Of a stretch of DNA of 64,000 nt, positions 10,468 through 20,689 are shown in pieces. Below the pieces are notes generated by a model. The model was not told the DNA's origin. It ran no database searches and worked only from the letters and a program-made list of their open reading frames with translations. How positions within the stretch are numbered: the stretch's first letter is position 1; every line of letters begins with the position of its first letter. Source of the stretch: a bacterium (GTDB lineage: Bacteria; Armatimonadota; Zipacnadia; Zipacnadales; Zipacnadaceae); assembly GCA_030603495.1 (NCBI GenBank), contig JAUVXR010000010.1:5499-69498 (forward strand). The letters run 5' to 3'. Position numbers and translations under genes: made by a program.

Positions 10468-11880
10468 TCACAGATGCGTGGCACTGCCCAGTGGTCCGTC
10501 ACCGCCCGTGGGCATATTGCCGCTGTGAATAGGCATAGCGCCGTTATCATCGTAACACGGCGTCTCTGGCCTTCCGTCGTGGCTCTGGGCATAGTTGAAT
10601 GCTTCGACCATCGAGATATTGCCATTGCCGTTGGCGTCGGCATTAACTGCACCGCTCCCATCCGGCTTCTGGCCCGTCAGGGCGGCGAAGTAGTGGTACG
10701 TGAACTCACCGTAGTGCTGGCTGATGGTGTCGGCCCAGGAAGCCTGAACCGGAGAACAGGAGGCCATCACTATCCGATTAGTCCCCAGCAGGTCTTTCAC
10801 GAAGCCACCGCTGAAGCACTGCTTCATCTGGAAGATCATCTTGGAGTAGTGTGTGATCTTGTTGACCTCGACGGCGAACTCGTCGTCGCTGATGCGGTCA
10901 CCCCATAGGCTGACGGTCTCATCGAATGCCAACATGTCAGTCCTGTCGCCGTCGCCGTTGAAGTCGCGGTTGTAGGCGGCCTCCGAGATGTTTTCTGCAC
11001 CCTCATCACCGTTGGTGTCAATCTGCCCACCATAGATGCCCGGGCCATAGCCGGCGATGGCTTGGGCAAGGAACCCGCCGCCGTGGTCATTTATCATCAC
11101 GTAGAGAGTGTCCGAGGACTTCATCTTCCCGGCAAGCTCGTTGAAGACCGTGGCAATGTTGGCCTTGCTAGCCGAGTAGTTGACCGGCACGTCCGCGTCG
11201 CGGCCGGTGCCGCTGGCATAGATGACGTAGATGTTAGCAGCGGCGTAGCCCTCCGAACGTAAGATATTGTACATCGTCTTAAGGTCACGCCAGTAGCGGT
11301 AGTGGTTGCTGGCGGCACTGCCGCCTCCAACGATAAGCACGGCATACTTCTTGGCCATAAGTAGCGGACCCAATACCCAAGGCTTTATCCTCAACAACGG
11401 GCGATACTGCACCACCCGCCGCGCCGTAGCCCGCTGGAGTATGGTCGGCTGGGCGGTTGCACTTGTCTCCAGAATAATCAATTCAGGCTGCATCCAGGCC
11501 GGATCCTGGCCGCCGGGCTGCCGGAGTACGCCCTGTATCTTGATCGTATCCCCGGACTTGACGCCCGCCAGCGGCGGCCCAGAGAGCAGGATGTACGACT
11601 CCGGCGGCAACTCCATATCGCACAGCGCCCTGTTGTTGTCGTCAATTATCATCGGGACTGAGCCGTCGTAGTAGTATCCCTCCATAACCACACTCTTGTT
11701 CAGCAACTGTAGACGCTGGACGCCTTTGGCCTGGCTAAGCGTAGGTGTCGCCAGCTTGAGTTGCACTTGCACCGGTGCGCGCAGGCTTGGCCCGGGCAGC
11801 TTGACTTGGGTCAGGGCTGGCAGCCCCGTGCTCACCCCCATCACAATGACTAACACGACCTGTAGACTTCGCTTCAACAT
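10468..11880 (-). CDS. secreted C13 (legumain-like, clan CD) cysteine peptidase
   Basis: Signal peptide; YAVLIVGG..NHYRYW, catalytic NDHGG and QCFSGGF; DxNGDG-type Ca-binding motifs. Confidence 0.8.
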   Translation of the reverse strand: MLKRSLQVVLVIVMGVSTGLPALTQVKLPGPSLRAPVQVQLKLATPTLSQAKGVQRLQLLNKSVVMEGYYYDGSVPMIIDDNNRALCDMELPPESYILLSGPPLAGVKSGDTIKIQGVLRQPGGQDPAWMQPELIILETSATAQPTILQRATARRVVQYRPLLRIKPWVLGPLLMAKKYAVLIVGGGSAASNHYRYWRDLKTMYNILRSEGYAAANIYVIYASGTGRDADVPVNYSASKANIATVFNELAGKMKSSDTLYVMINDHGGGFLAQAIAGYGPGIYGGQIDTNGDEGAENISEAAYNRDFNGDGDRTDMLAFDETVSLWGDRISDDEFAVEVNKITHYSKMIFQMKQCFSGGFVKDLLGTNRIVMASCSPVQASWADTISQHYGEFTYHYFAALTGQKPDGSGAVNADANGNGNISMVEAFNYAQSHDGRPETPCYDDNGAMPIHSGNMPTGGDGPLGSATHL

Positions 11881-11981
11881 TTTGATACCTCCTTGTGGGT
11901 ATGCTGCGTCTTCACATAGGTACGATACGGCTTCTCCTTCGCCGCAGCTGCAGACAATACCTCCCCAGACCCAGAAGCCGC

Positions 11982-13190
11982 CTAGAGCGGTTCGCTAGTT
12001 ACCACCCGGGCAAGCAACGCGACCGCCTCCGCAGCAATGCCCTCCTCACGCCCCACGAAGCCCAGCCCTTCGGTAGTGGTAGCTTTGACGCTCACCGCTT
12101 GCGCATCTAGTTGCAGTATTGCGGCAATGCGGTTGCACATCGCCGGAACATACCGCGCCAACCGCGGCTGCTCGGCCATTATGGTGACGTCAACGTTGAC
12201 TGGGCGGTAGCCGGCCTTGGCAACGAGTCTGACCACCTCAGCAAGCAAGGCAGCGCTGTCGGCATCCTGGAACGCCGGGTCGCTATCTGCAAAGTGCGTG
12301 CCAATGTCCCCTAGAGCCACACCGCCCAGCAGCGCATCGGCGATGGCGTGGAGGGCAACGTCGGCATCCGAATGGCCGGCGAGCCCGCGGTCGTGAGGCA
12401 CCTCGACGCCACCCAGCATAAGGCGGCGCCCCTCGGCGAGGCGGTGGACGTCGTAGCCGTGGCCTATGCGCACCGTCTCGGGGCCTGCCACCAACGCTTG
12501 GGCGCGGGTCCAGTCCTCCGGCAGTGTGATCTTGAAATTCCCCGGATCATCTTCCACCACCGTTACCTGTGCACCAGCTCTCTCCACAAGCGCGGCGTCG
12601 TCGGTATCTTCCCAGTCTTCCGCTCGGGCCTGGCGATAAGCATCGTGAATGGTGCTAAAGCGAAAGGTCTGAGGAGTCTGGGCCTGCCAGAACTTGGCCC
12701 GGTCCGCGGTGCCAGCGACCCGGCCATCACTAGTGACCTCTTTGAGCGTGTCGGTGAGGGGTCGGGCTGCGATGGCCGCGCCAGTTCGCTGCGCGTCGTC
12801 GATGGTCCGGATGATAATAGCCGGGCTTACAAAGGGCCGGGCTCCGTCGTGTATCGCTACGAGCTCCGGAGCCTGACTGCTGAGGCTCTCGAGGCCAGCA
12901 TAGACTGATTCTGCGCGGGTCCTGCCCCCGGGGATCACGGCCGCAACCTTGGTCAAGCCGGCCTGCTGGCACAGCGAGCGGGCCAGCCCCTGACGATCGG
13001 CCGGGACGACCAGGACAATCCTGGCAATCTGCTCGACCCCCTGAAATGTACGCAGTGACCAGAGGAAAAGCGGACTCGTACCTAGCTGGAGGAAGGCTTT
13101 CGGGATACTGGCACCCAACCGGTGGCCTTCTCCTGCTGCAACGATGAGGCCGGCAGTCTCGGGGATTGCCGATGCGCCGAGGGAACTCAC
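11982..13190 (-). CDS. ispDF: bifunctional IspD/IspF
   Basis: AAGEGHRLG..PKAF, HDGARPF, QTPQ followed by RIGHGYDVH, HSDADV, GDIGTHF, KATTTEGLG. Confidence 0.96.
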   Translation of the reverse strand: MSSLGASAIPETAGLIVAAGEGHRLGASIPKAFLQLGTSPLFLWSLRTFQGVEQIARIVLVVPADRQGLARSLCQQAGLTKVAAVIPGGRTRAESVYAGLESLSSQAPELVAIHDGARPFVSPAIIIRTIDDAQRTGAAIAARPLTDTLKEVTSDGRVAGTADRAKFWQAQTPQTFRFSTIHDAYRQARAEDWEDTDDAALVERAGAQVTVVEDDPGNFKITLPEDWTRAQALVAGPETVRIGHGYDVHRLAEGRRLMLGGVEVPHDRGLAGHSDADVALHAIADALLGGVALGDIGTHFADSDPAFQDADSAALLAEVVRLVAKAGYRPVNVDVTIMAEQPRLARYVPAMCNRIAAILQLDAQAVSVKATTTEGLGFVGREEGIAAEAVALLARVVTSEPL

Positions 13191-14311
13191 AGTGCGTTCG
13201 TGCCCCTGCCGCGACCCGTATGTTCACGGGGCAGCTCAGCAAAGATCATCTTGCCCGCACTGGTTTGCAGGACACTGGTGACCGTCACCGGCTGCAGCCG
13301 CCCCACAGCGTCGGCACCATTCTCGACCACGACCATCGTGCCATCGTCGAGATAGCCAATACCCTGGCTGGGCTCTTTGCCCTCTTTGACGATGGTGACG
13401 GTTAACTCTTCGCCCGGCAAGAACACTGGCTTCAGGGCATTGGCCAGTTCGTTGACGTTGAGCACAGGCACACCACTCAATTTGGCGATCTCGTTGACGC
13501 TGTAATCATTGGTGACAACGGCGGCGTGCTTGGCCTTGGCTAGTTTCACCAGCCGGGTGTCAACATCGTCATAGGGGACTTCCTCGCTATTGTAGTCCTC
13601 GTACACAGCGATATCAACCTGATCCAGGTTCTTCAGCGTGTTGAGCATGTCCAGGCCGCGGCGGCCCCGGGATCGCTTGAGGTTGTCACTGGAGTCGGCA
13701 ATGTGATGAAGCTCCTGGAGGATGAAGTCAGGCACCAATAGCGGCCCCTCCAAGAAACTAGTCGCAGCAATGTCAGCGATTCGTCCGTCAATGATGATAT
13801 TAGTATCGAGCATCTTGGGCATACTGTGAACGACTCCAGTGATCTTGCCCAATGATGGCAAACGTCCCAGGCTGGGGAAGATGTAGACAATCTGTCCACG
13901 GGCGCTCATGGCAAAACCTACGCCCAGCGCCACGCCCACAACGCTGGCGAATATCCGGATCGGCAGACCGAAGCCCCGGACTTCAGCGAAAGGCACTGTT
14001 ACCAGCAGCGCAACTACCAAGCCTAGCACTACACCGATCGCGCCAGCAATCTTGTCTACCAGCGAGACTCGCTCAAAGTAGTTGACCCAGCTGACAATCT
14101 TTCGGAAGGAGAATAATGAGAAGAGGAAGCCCAACAGCCCCCCTACCACGTTTACACCGATGGTAAAGAGAAGCGCGTCACGCCCGCCTTCTTCCAGATG
14201 TACTCGCGGTAGTAGTCCTTTGGCGATGAGATTACCGACGATGACTCCGACAAGCACGACAGCGGCGACAAACAATGCCCACAGGCCCCTCAATATGATC
14301 ATAATGGTCAC
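13187..14311 (-). CDS. membrane PIN/TRAM domain protein (YacL-like)
   Basis: N-terminal TM helices, LDTNIIIDGRI, RGRRGLD, GYLDDGTMVVVE; usual position upstream of ispD. Confidence 0.93.
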   Translation of the reverse strand: MTIMIILRGLWALFVAAVVLVGVIVGNLIAKGLLPRVHLEEGGRDALLFTIGVNVVGGLLGFLFSLFSFRKIVSWVNYFERVSLVDKIAGAIGVVLGLVVALLVTVPFAEVRGFGLPIRIFASVVGVALGVGFAMSARGQIVYIFPSLGRLPSLGKITGVVHSMPKMLDTNIIIDGRIADIAATSFLEGPLLVPDFILQELHHIADSSDNLKRSRGRRGLDMLNTLKNLDQVDIAVYEDYNSEEVPYDDVDTRLVKLAKAKHAAVVTNDYSVNEIAKLSGVPVLNVNELANALKPVFLPGEELTVTIVKEGKEPSQGIGYLDDGTMVVVENGADAVGRLQPVTVTSVLQTSAGKMIFAELPREHTGRGRGTNAL

Positions 14312-14627
14312 TCCTATTGACGTATCTGGCCATGATTAACGACAGGATATGTGTATAATAAACCCGCTCGCTTACGTGGCAGCAGGCTAGTTAGCTTTGC
14401 CATATACCTCAACCGAGGCTAATCGAGTATATTCTACCTCATTTCCCCACGATTCGCCAAGTCTGCAGGTGCTTCTACTGTCGTGGTCACTTGTCCACCA
14501 GTCCCAGATAACGCTTCTCCCCGCGGAATTGTACGGGACAATCAGGCCTAACCAACACGAGGAGCAAGGTCCACTGGCCCCACCCCCTACATTGTATCGC
14601 CACAAGAGCCGTCGGCCATATCGTAAA

Positions 14628-16874
14628 TTAGTCGCACTGGCTGAAGCCACAGCCGTAGCACTTGCGGCAGCCCTCCTCGTGATACAGCACACCACCACAC
14701 TCCGGACACGCGCCGGCATGACCGTTGCGCTCGGGGTTGAAGTCAATCCGGAGCTGGGCTGCCTCGGAGAGCACGGTTCGTTCGATGGCCCGGGCGAAAG
14801 CATCAGCGCACGAGAGTACCTTTCTCCCGCCCGCTTCCCAGGCCGGCATGTGACAGCTTATGCCCTTGAGCTGCTTGACAACGTGTTCCGGGCCAATGCC
14901 CGACCTGAGCGATAGCGAGATAAGCCGAGCCAGCGCCTCCGTCTGGGAGGCCACGCAGCCGCCGGCCTTGCCCATATTGCCGAATAGCTCAAAGGGACCG
15001 CGTTCGTCGGAGTTTATGGTCACGTAGAGGTTGCCACAGCCGGTGCTCATATTTCGCGTCTCGCCAGTGACCGCTTCGGGTCTCGGTCGCGGCTGCAGCG
15101 GCGCGCCCAGCGCCTGTTCGGTTTTCCCCGTGCTCAGCACCTGGGCCTCGCGGCAGCCATCGCGGTAGATCGTCACACCTTTGCAGCCCAGTTCGTAGGC
15201 GAACATGTAGGCCGCACGGATATCCTCGACCGTCGCCTCGTTTGCCAGGTTAATTGTCTTGGAGACCGCATTATCGGTGTACTTCTGGAACGCCGCCTGA
15301 ATCTGGATATGCCACTCGGGACTGATATCATGGGCAGTGCGGAATAGGTCACGCACATCGGCGGGGATCTCCTCAATCTCTGCCAGGCTACCGTGGGCGG
15401 CAATGGCCTTCATCAGCTCAGGTGAGTGGAAGCCGCGATCACAGGCCACCTGCTCGAACAAGGGATTAACCTCGACCAGTTCCTCGCCATCCAGGATACG
15501 CCGCGTAAACGCCACAGCAAATAGGGGCTCAATGCCGCTGGAGGTCCCCGCTATTATACTGATGCTCCCCGTCGGCGCAATGGTCGTAAGCGTCGCATTA
15601 CGCAATTTCAACCCGTTCTCGCTGGACCGGTAGATGCTCTTATCCCAGTTAGGGAAGGCGCCCCGCTGCTCAGCCAGCGCAACGGAGGCCTGCTGCGCTT
15701 GCTCTCGGATGAAGCCCATTATCTTCTCTGCCGCCGTCATCGCCTCCTCCGAATCGTAGCGGATCCCCAGATGGATGAGGGCATCGGCAAATCCCATTAC
15801 GCCCAGGCCTACTTTGCGGTTGCCCCGCGTCATCTCCGCGATCTGCGGCAGCGGAAATTTATTCATGTCAATGACGTTGTCCAGGAAGCGGACCGCCACC
15901 TGGACGGTATCAGCGAGTGTGTCCCAGTTGATCTGGCCCGTACCGATCTCGCCACTCACCATCTTCGCTAAGTTGATCGAGCCCAGATTACAAGACTCGT
16001 AAGGCAACAGAGGCTGCTCGCCGCAGGGGTTAGTGCTTTCGATCTCGCCGAGTGCAGGCGTCGGATTCTCTGCATTGATCTGGTCAATGAAGACCACGCC
16101 TGGATCGCCGCACTCCCACGCACTTTCAACGATCTCCTCGAATACTGCTCGGGCCGGACGGGCCTCGACTACCTCGGCGCTGCGCGGGTTAATCAGGTCA
16201 TAGCTCTGGTCACCAATGACGGCCTGCATAAAGTCGTCAGTGGCTAGGACCGAGATATTGAAGTTGGTGAGTTGACTCTGGTCGCGCTTGACTCGGATAA
16301 ACTCCATTATGTCGGGGTGGTCCACGCGCAGGACGGCCATGTTAGCCCCGCGCCGCGTTCCGCCCTGTTTGATGGCATCAGTCGCGGCATCGAAGACACG
16401 CATGAACGATACCGGGCCCGAGGAGACCCCCTTAGTAGAACTGACAATATCGTCCTTGGGACGCAGCCGTGAGAACGAAAAACCCGTACCTCCGCCGCTC
16501 TTGTGAATCAGCGCGGTGTGCTTGACCGCATCGAAGATGCTCTCCATTGAGTCATCGATGGGCAGTACAAAACAGGCCGAAAGCTGCTGGAAAGGGCGGC
16601 CAGCGTTCATCAGTGTGGGGCTATTGGGCAGGAACTCCAGCCGGGCCATCACCTCGTAGAAGCGCTGCTCCCACTGAGCGATCTCCTCGTCAGAGGCGCC
16701 GTAGTTGCGCTCTGCCAGGGCGATACTGCCAGCGACACGGTGGAACATATCCTCCGGCCCCTCCTTGGGCTGTCCCTCGTCGTCACGCACTAGGTAGCGG
16801 CGCCGGAGCACCGTTAGCGCATTGGGGGCAAGTTCCAGTTCGTTGCCCTCCACCGCCGGTTGTCTCACGCTCAT
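14628..16874 (-). CDS. nrdJ: class II (B12-dependent) ribonucleotide reductase with C-terminal TSCPD and Zn-ribbon domains
   Basis: PNSPTLMNAG, TNPCGEQPL, TIAPTGSIS; C-terminal CPEC..C..C..C; start placed at the ATG after a GAGGTG RBS; no intein seen. Confidence 0.94.
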   Translation of the reverse strand: MSVRQPAVEGNELELAPNALTVLRRRYLVRDDEGQPKEGPEDMFHRVAGSIALAERNYGASDEEIAQWEQRFYEVMARLEFLPNSPTLMNAGRPFQQLSACFVLPIDDSMESIFDAVKHTALIHKSGGGTGFSFSRLRPKDDIVSSTKGVSSGPVSFMRVFDAATDAIKQGGTRRGANMAVLRVDHPDIMEFIRVKRDQSQLTNFNISVLATDDFMQAVIGDQSYDLINPRSAEVVEARPARAVFEEIVESAWECGDPGVVFIDQINAENPTPALGEIESTNPCGEQPLLPYESCNLGSINLAKMVSGEIGTGQINWDTLADTVQVAVRFLDNVIDMNKFPLPQIAEMTRGNRKVGLGVMGFADALIHLGIRYDSEEAMTAAEKIMGFIREQAQQASVALAEQRGAFPNWDKSIYRSSENGLKLRNATLTTIAPTGSISIIAGTSSGIEPLFAVAFTRRILDGEELVEVNPLFEQVACDRGFHSPELMKAIAAHGSLAEIEEIPADVRDLFRTAHDISPEWHIQIQAAFQKYTDNAVSKTINLANEATVEDIRAAYMFAYELGCKGVTIYRDGCREAQVLSTGKTEQALGAPLQPRPRPEAVTGETRNMSTGCGNLYVTINSDERGPFELFGNMGKAGGCVASQTEALARLISLSLRSGIGPEHVVKQLKGISCHMPAWEAGGRKVLSCADAFARAIERTVLSEAAQLRIDFNPERNGHAGACPECGGVLYHEEGCRKCYGCGFSQCD

Positions 16875-16985
16875 CACTTCACCTCGCTGCATTACGCTGT
16901 CCAGCAATCCTCATAATCTGCTATCACGCCATCCCCACAGTAGAGGCCTGTATAGCTTTTGGCCCCCCAGCTTGGGTAAGCCTGA

Positions 16986-17014
16986 ATCCTATCACAACTG
17001 CTCAGCCCTGTCAA
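16986..17014 (-). promoter_or_regulatory. sigma70-type promoter for nrdJ
   Basis: TTGACA-N17-TAGGAT with an extended -10 TGTG. Confidence 0.7.
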
Positions 17015-17070
17015 CACCTAATCATCCAACTCCCAAACGCCTCCCAACAACCCCACCTATACAGCTCACC

Positions 17071-19563
17071 TCATGCCTCCTTGGTCGGTTCATTGGTGCA
17101 GTAGCGTACCACCTTCGCAACGGCGGAAACTGTGGTGCCCTCGTCCAGGGCGACGATCTTCACACCTTGAGCGTTGCGCCCGGTGCGCCGGATATTGCCG
17201 ACCGGCACGCGGATCAGCACTCCCGCAGAGGTTATGCACATAACCTCATCGTCATCATCCACCACTTCAACACCCACCACCAGTCCAGTTCTGGCAGTGA
17301 CATTCAGCGTTGTTACGCCGTGGATGTTTCGCCCCTTGCGCCTGTATTCCGCCAGCGCCGTGCGCTTACCCAGCCCTTTCTCACCGACTACCAATAGGTC
17401 CCGCGGGTCCTTCTTGTCCACTACCGCCGTCGCGATCAACTCATCGCCCTTGCGCAGTCTGATGGCCCTAACTCCAGCAGCACTGCGGCCCATCGCCCGG
17501 ACATCGGCTTCGTCGAAGCGCACTGCCTTGCCCTTCCGTGTAGCCAGCATAATATCCTTCGTCCCGTCGCTCCACATCACCCAGGTCAGCTCATCGTTCT
17601 TGTTCAGTTTGATGGCGATCAAGCCCTTGCTGCGCAGCGGCGTATCGTACGCCGAAAGCGCTGTCTTCTTGATCATGCCCTGCTTGGTCACCATCACCAG
17701 ATAGCCACCCTGGTCGAAGTCCTGCACCGGTATCGTTGCAGTTATCATCTCACCGGGTTCAATGGGCAGGATATTGATGATCGGCGTACCCCGCGCCTGC
17801 CGGCTGGCCAGCGGTACCTGATACCCCTTGGCCCGGTAGACCAGCCCGCGATTGGTGAAGCCCAGGACCAAATGATGGGTGCTGGCCACGAACACATCGG
17901 CTACATTATCCTCTTCTTTCTTGCTCAGCGCCAGGACGCCGCGCCCGCCGCGGTGCTGCACGCGATACGTATCCAACGGCAAGCGCTTGACGTAGCCGTC
18001 GTGGGTGATGGTAATGCACATATCCTCCTGCGCGATGAGGTCCTCGGTGCTGATATCCTCCGCTTCGTCAGGGACGATGCGCGTACGCCGCTCGTCGCCC
18101 AGCTTGTTCTTAACTGCGCGCAGCTCCTTCTTGATGACTGCCGACTTCTTTTCTTCCGAGCCCAGAATGCTCTCGTACTCGGCGATGTCCACCTCAAGCT
18201 GCTCGTACTCCTTGCGCAGCTCCTCCGCCGAGAGCCGGGTTAACCGACCTAGCTGCATATTGAGGATTTCGTCGGCCTGCACCTCGCTGAAGCCCAGTTT
18301 CTTCATCAGGCCCTGGCGGGCGGCGTCGCGCGTGTCACTGCCCCGAATCAGCGCGATCACTTCATCAATAATGTCCAGCGCCTTGAGCAGGCCCTCGACG
18401 ATATGCGCGCGGGCCTTGGCCTTATCCAGAAGAAATTGCGTCCGCCGGGTTATGACCTCGCGCCGGTGCGTGAGGAAGTTCGTCAGCATATCCTTCAGGC
18501 CGCAGAGCTGCGGGACCAGCGCCCCGCCCTTGACGGGCACCAGCGCCAGGCAGTTCGCCCCGAAGCTGGTACGCAAATTGGTGCGCTTGTAAAGCTGGTT
18601 GAGGACGACCTGCGGATTGATGTCGCGGCGCAGCTCAATGACAACCCGCATGCCCTTGCGGTCGGACTCGTCGCGCAGGTCGGCGATGCCCTCAATACTG
18701 CTGCTGTCGTGGAGCTTGGCAATCTGCTGGAGCAGGCTGTCCTTGCGCACCTGGTAGGGCAGCTCGGTGACGATGATCGCCTGGCGGTTGCGGTCCAGTG
18801 GCTCGATGATCGCCCGCGCCTGCATCGTGATCGAGCCGCGGCCGGTCTCAAAGTAATCCAGGATGCCGCGCTGCCCCAGGATCAGCCCCGCCGTCGGGAA
18901 GTCGGGCCCGTGTACGTACTTCATAAGCTGCTTGACATCGAGGTCCGGCTTGTCCAGCAGGAGGATGCAGGCGTCCACAATCTCGCCGAGATTGTGGGGC
19001 GGGATGTTCGTCGCATAGCCCACCGCTATGCCCGACGCGCCGTTGGACAGTAGATTAGGCACGCCACCCGGCAGGACCACCGGCTCGGTCGTCTTCTCGT
19101 CGTAGGTCGGCTGGTAGTCCACCGTGTCCTTGTCGAGGTCAGCGAGCATCGCCATTGCCACCGGCGACAGCCGTGCCTCAGTATATCGGGCGGCACCGGC
19201 AGGATCGCCGTCCAGCGAGCCGAAGTTGCCCTGGGGATCAATCAGCGGGTAGCGCGCGGCAAAGTTCTGGCCCATGCGCACCAGCGTATCGTAGATAGCC
19301 ATATCGCCGTGGGGATGATAGGTCTTCATCGTCTCCCCCACTATCGCCGCGCACTTGGAGTGTGAGCGGTCGGGCGTGAGGCCCTCGCCGTTCATCGCCA
19401 CGAGGATGCGGCGCTGCGAGGGCTTCAGCCCGTCGCGGACATCGGGCAGCGCCCGGGCCATAATCGCACTCATGGCAAACTGCATATAGGAGGAGGTCAT
19501 CTCCTCCTGCAGCGAGATCTCTTCTACTTTGCCAATATCTTGTGTCTCTGTTGCGTCAGGCAT
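17071..19563 (-). CDS. gyrA: DNA gyrase subunit A
   Basis: RALPDVRDGLKP, HPHGD, AARYTE, GyrA-box QHRGGRG, C-terminal pinwheel repeats. Confidence 0.98.
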   Translation of the reverse strand: MPDATETQDIGKVEEISLQEEMTSSYMQFAMSAIMARALPDVRDGLKPSQRRILVAMNGEGLTPDRSHSKCAAIVGETMKTYHPHGDMAIYDTLVRMGQNFAARYPLIDPQGNFGSLDGDPAGAARYTEARLSPVAMAMLADLDKDTVDYQPTYDEKTTEPVVLPGGVPNLLSNGASGIAVGYATNIPPHNLGEIVDACILLLDKPDLDVKQLMKYVHGPDFPTAGLILGQRGILDYFETGRGSITMQARAIIEPLDRNRQAIIVTELPYQVRKDSLLQQIAKLHDSSSIEGIADLRDESDRKGMRVVIELRRDINPQVVLNQLYKRTNLRTSFGANCLALVPVKGGALVPQLCGLKDMLTNFLTHRREVITRRTQFLLDKAKARAHIVEGLLKALDIIDEVIALIRGSDTRDAARQGLMKKLGFSEVQADEILNMQLGRLTRLSAEELRKEYEQLEVDIAEYESILGSEEKKSAVIKKELRAVKNKLGDERRTRIVPDEAEDISTEDLIAQEDMCITITHDGYVKRLPLDTYRVQHRGGRGVLALSKKEEDNVADVFVASTHHLVLGFTNRGLVYRAKGYQVPLASRQARGTPIINILPIEPGEMITATIPVQDFDQGGYLVMVTKQGMIKKTALSAYDTPLRSKGLIAIKLNKNDELTWVMWSDGTKDIMLATRKGKAVRFDEADVRAMGRSAAGVRAIRLRKGDELIATAVVDKKDPRDLLVVGEKGLGKRTALAEYRRKGRNIHGVTTLNVTARTGLVVGVEVVDDDDEVMCITSAGVLIRVPVGNIRRTGRNAQGVKIVALDEGTTVSAVAKVVRYCTNEPTKEA

Positions 19564-19600
19564 TTATAACTCCTATAACGGATGATTCAGGAATGGGCTT

Positions 19601-19686
19601 TGCGGGAAACCCGCTTTTTGAAAAAAGCCGGTTTCCCCCTTGGGCTGAGTTCACCGAAGCCCGCACCCTTCCGGCAAAAACTTTCA
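19601..19686 (+). repeat. dispersed palindromic repeat family A, copy 1 (carries a nested family-B hairpin at 19642-19662)
   Basis: GCGGGAAACCCGCTTTTTGAAAAAAGCCGGTTTCC...CCGCACCCTTCCGGCAAAAACTTT, similar to copies at 26636 and 33817. Confidence 0.85.
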
Positions 19687-19747
19687 ATATTGCACAGGTA
19701 CTCAACACTGTCTCAATCGAGACGTGCTACATGCTCAAGGTCTGTCG

Positions 19748-20656
19748 CTAGGGCGCCCGCCACAGCACGTCACCGTTCTCCTTCAATAGCGTGATCGTGG
19801 ACTCCGGGTGCTCAGTTTCCGCGCCAGTGCGCTTGGTCACTGTTCTGGTACTGCCCACAACCGCGCGTTCCTGACCCTCAGCGTCACATATAGTAAGCCC
19901 AGCGCCCTCCGGGGACGCGGCCAGGAGAACCCGCGGTTCCCCTTTGTCGCTAAACAACGATAAGCGTCCGCGTTCGCCCAGTACCATCAGACTAGCCCGC
20001 GGCCTTCCGCCGGCATCTGCAAGCGATAGTGCTCCGCCGTGGCCACCCGCCGTGTTCAGGCCCACCTGCGGCTTGCCAGTGTCATCCAACAGCCAGAGCC
20101 CTGGCGCAGAGCTTAGCTGGGCACCTGTCTTGCAGGCGTCGTGCAGGTTTAGCAAAGACCTGCCGTGCTCATCAAACCCGAGTGTGACCATCGCCTTCTC
20201 CGCCCCAAAGACCCCTGACAATTCTAAGAAAGGCTGCTCATCACCATCGAGCCCAATAGTGGCGCGTTGTTTCTGAGCCGCGTCCCATAGGCACAACGCG
20301 GGCTGTCCATCCTCAATACCAAGGCCAATAAGCTGAACGTGTTCCTGTCCCGTCCCGTCATACAGGGCCACGCCAGCGCCTTCGTCCTCCGAAACTAAGA
20401 GTTGTAGGCGCAGCTCACCTTCTGCATCGTACATAAACAGCGCAGGGTTCCCTACAACGTTGAACGCCAGCGCGGCGCGATTGTTGCCTGCCTCGTCCAC
20501 CAGCCGGAACTCCTGCGCCTCGATGACCTTAGGAGCAGTCGTAGTCTGCGCCGCCCTCGCCGGCAAACCTCGAAACAACAGATCCGACAACGCTCCGCCC
20601 ACTAGTCCCGACACGACCGTCAACAGCATTAAGATACGAAACTGTGCCTTGCTCAT
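19748..20656 (-). CDS. hypothetical exported/membrane-anchored protein with repeated L-x-L-x-D-x-x-G-x-x-R-x-x-L beta-strand units
   Basis: N-terminal TM helix, IEAQEFRLVDEAG, about 8-9 repeat units; GGAG RBS. Confidence 0.8.
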   Translation of the reverse strand: MSKAQFRILMLLTVVSGLVGGALSDLLFRGLPARAAQTTTAPKVIEAQEFRLVDEAGNNRAALAFNVVGNPALFMYDAEGELRLQLLVSEDEGAGVALYDGTGQEHVQLIGLGIEDGQPALCLWDAAQKQRATIGLDGDEQPFLELSGVFGAEKAMVTLGFDEHGRSLLNLHDACKTGAQLSSAPGLWLLDDTGKPQVGLNTAGGHGGALSLADAGGRPRASLMVLGERGRLSLFSDKGEPRVLLAASPEGAGLTICDAEGQERAVVGSTRTVTKRTGAETEHPESTITLLKENGDVLWRAP

Positions 20657-20689
20657 GGTAAAGTCTCCCTTGGATCTTATGCTTTTCTA

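Noticed and set aside
16875..17070. Cobalamin riboswitch or NrdR box upstream of nrdJ
   Set aside because: No recognisable B12 box or ACACwATATATwGTGT-like palindrome.
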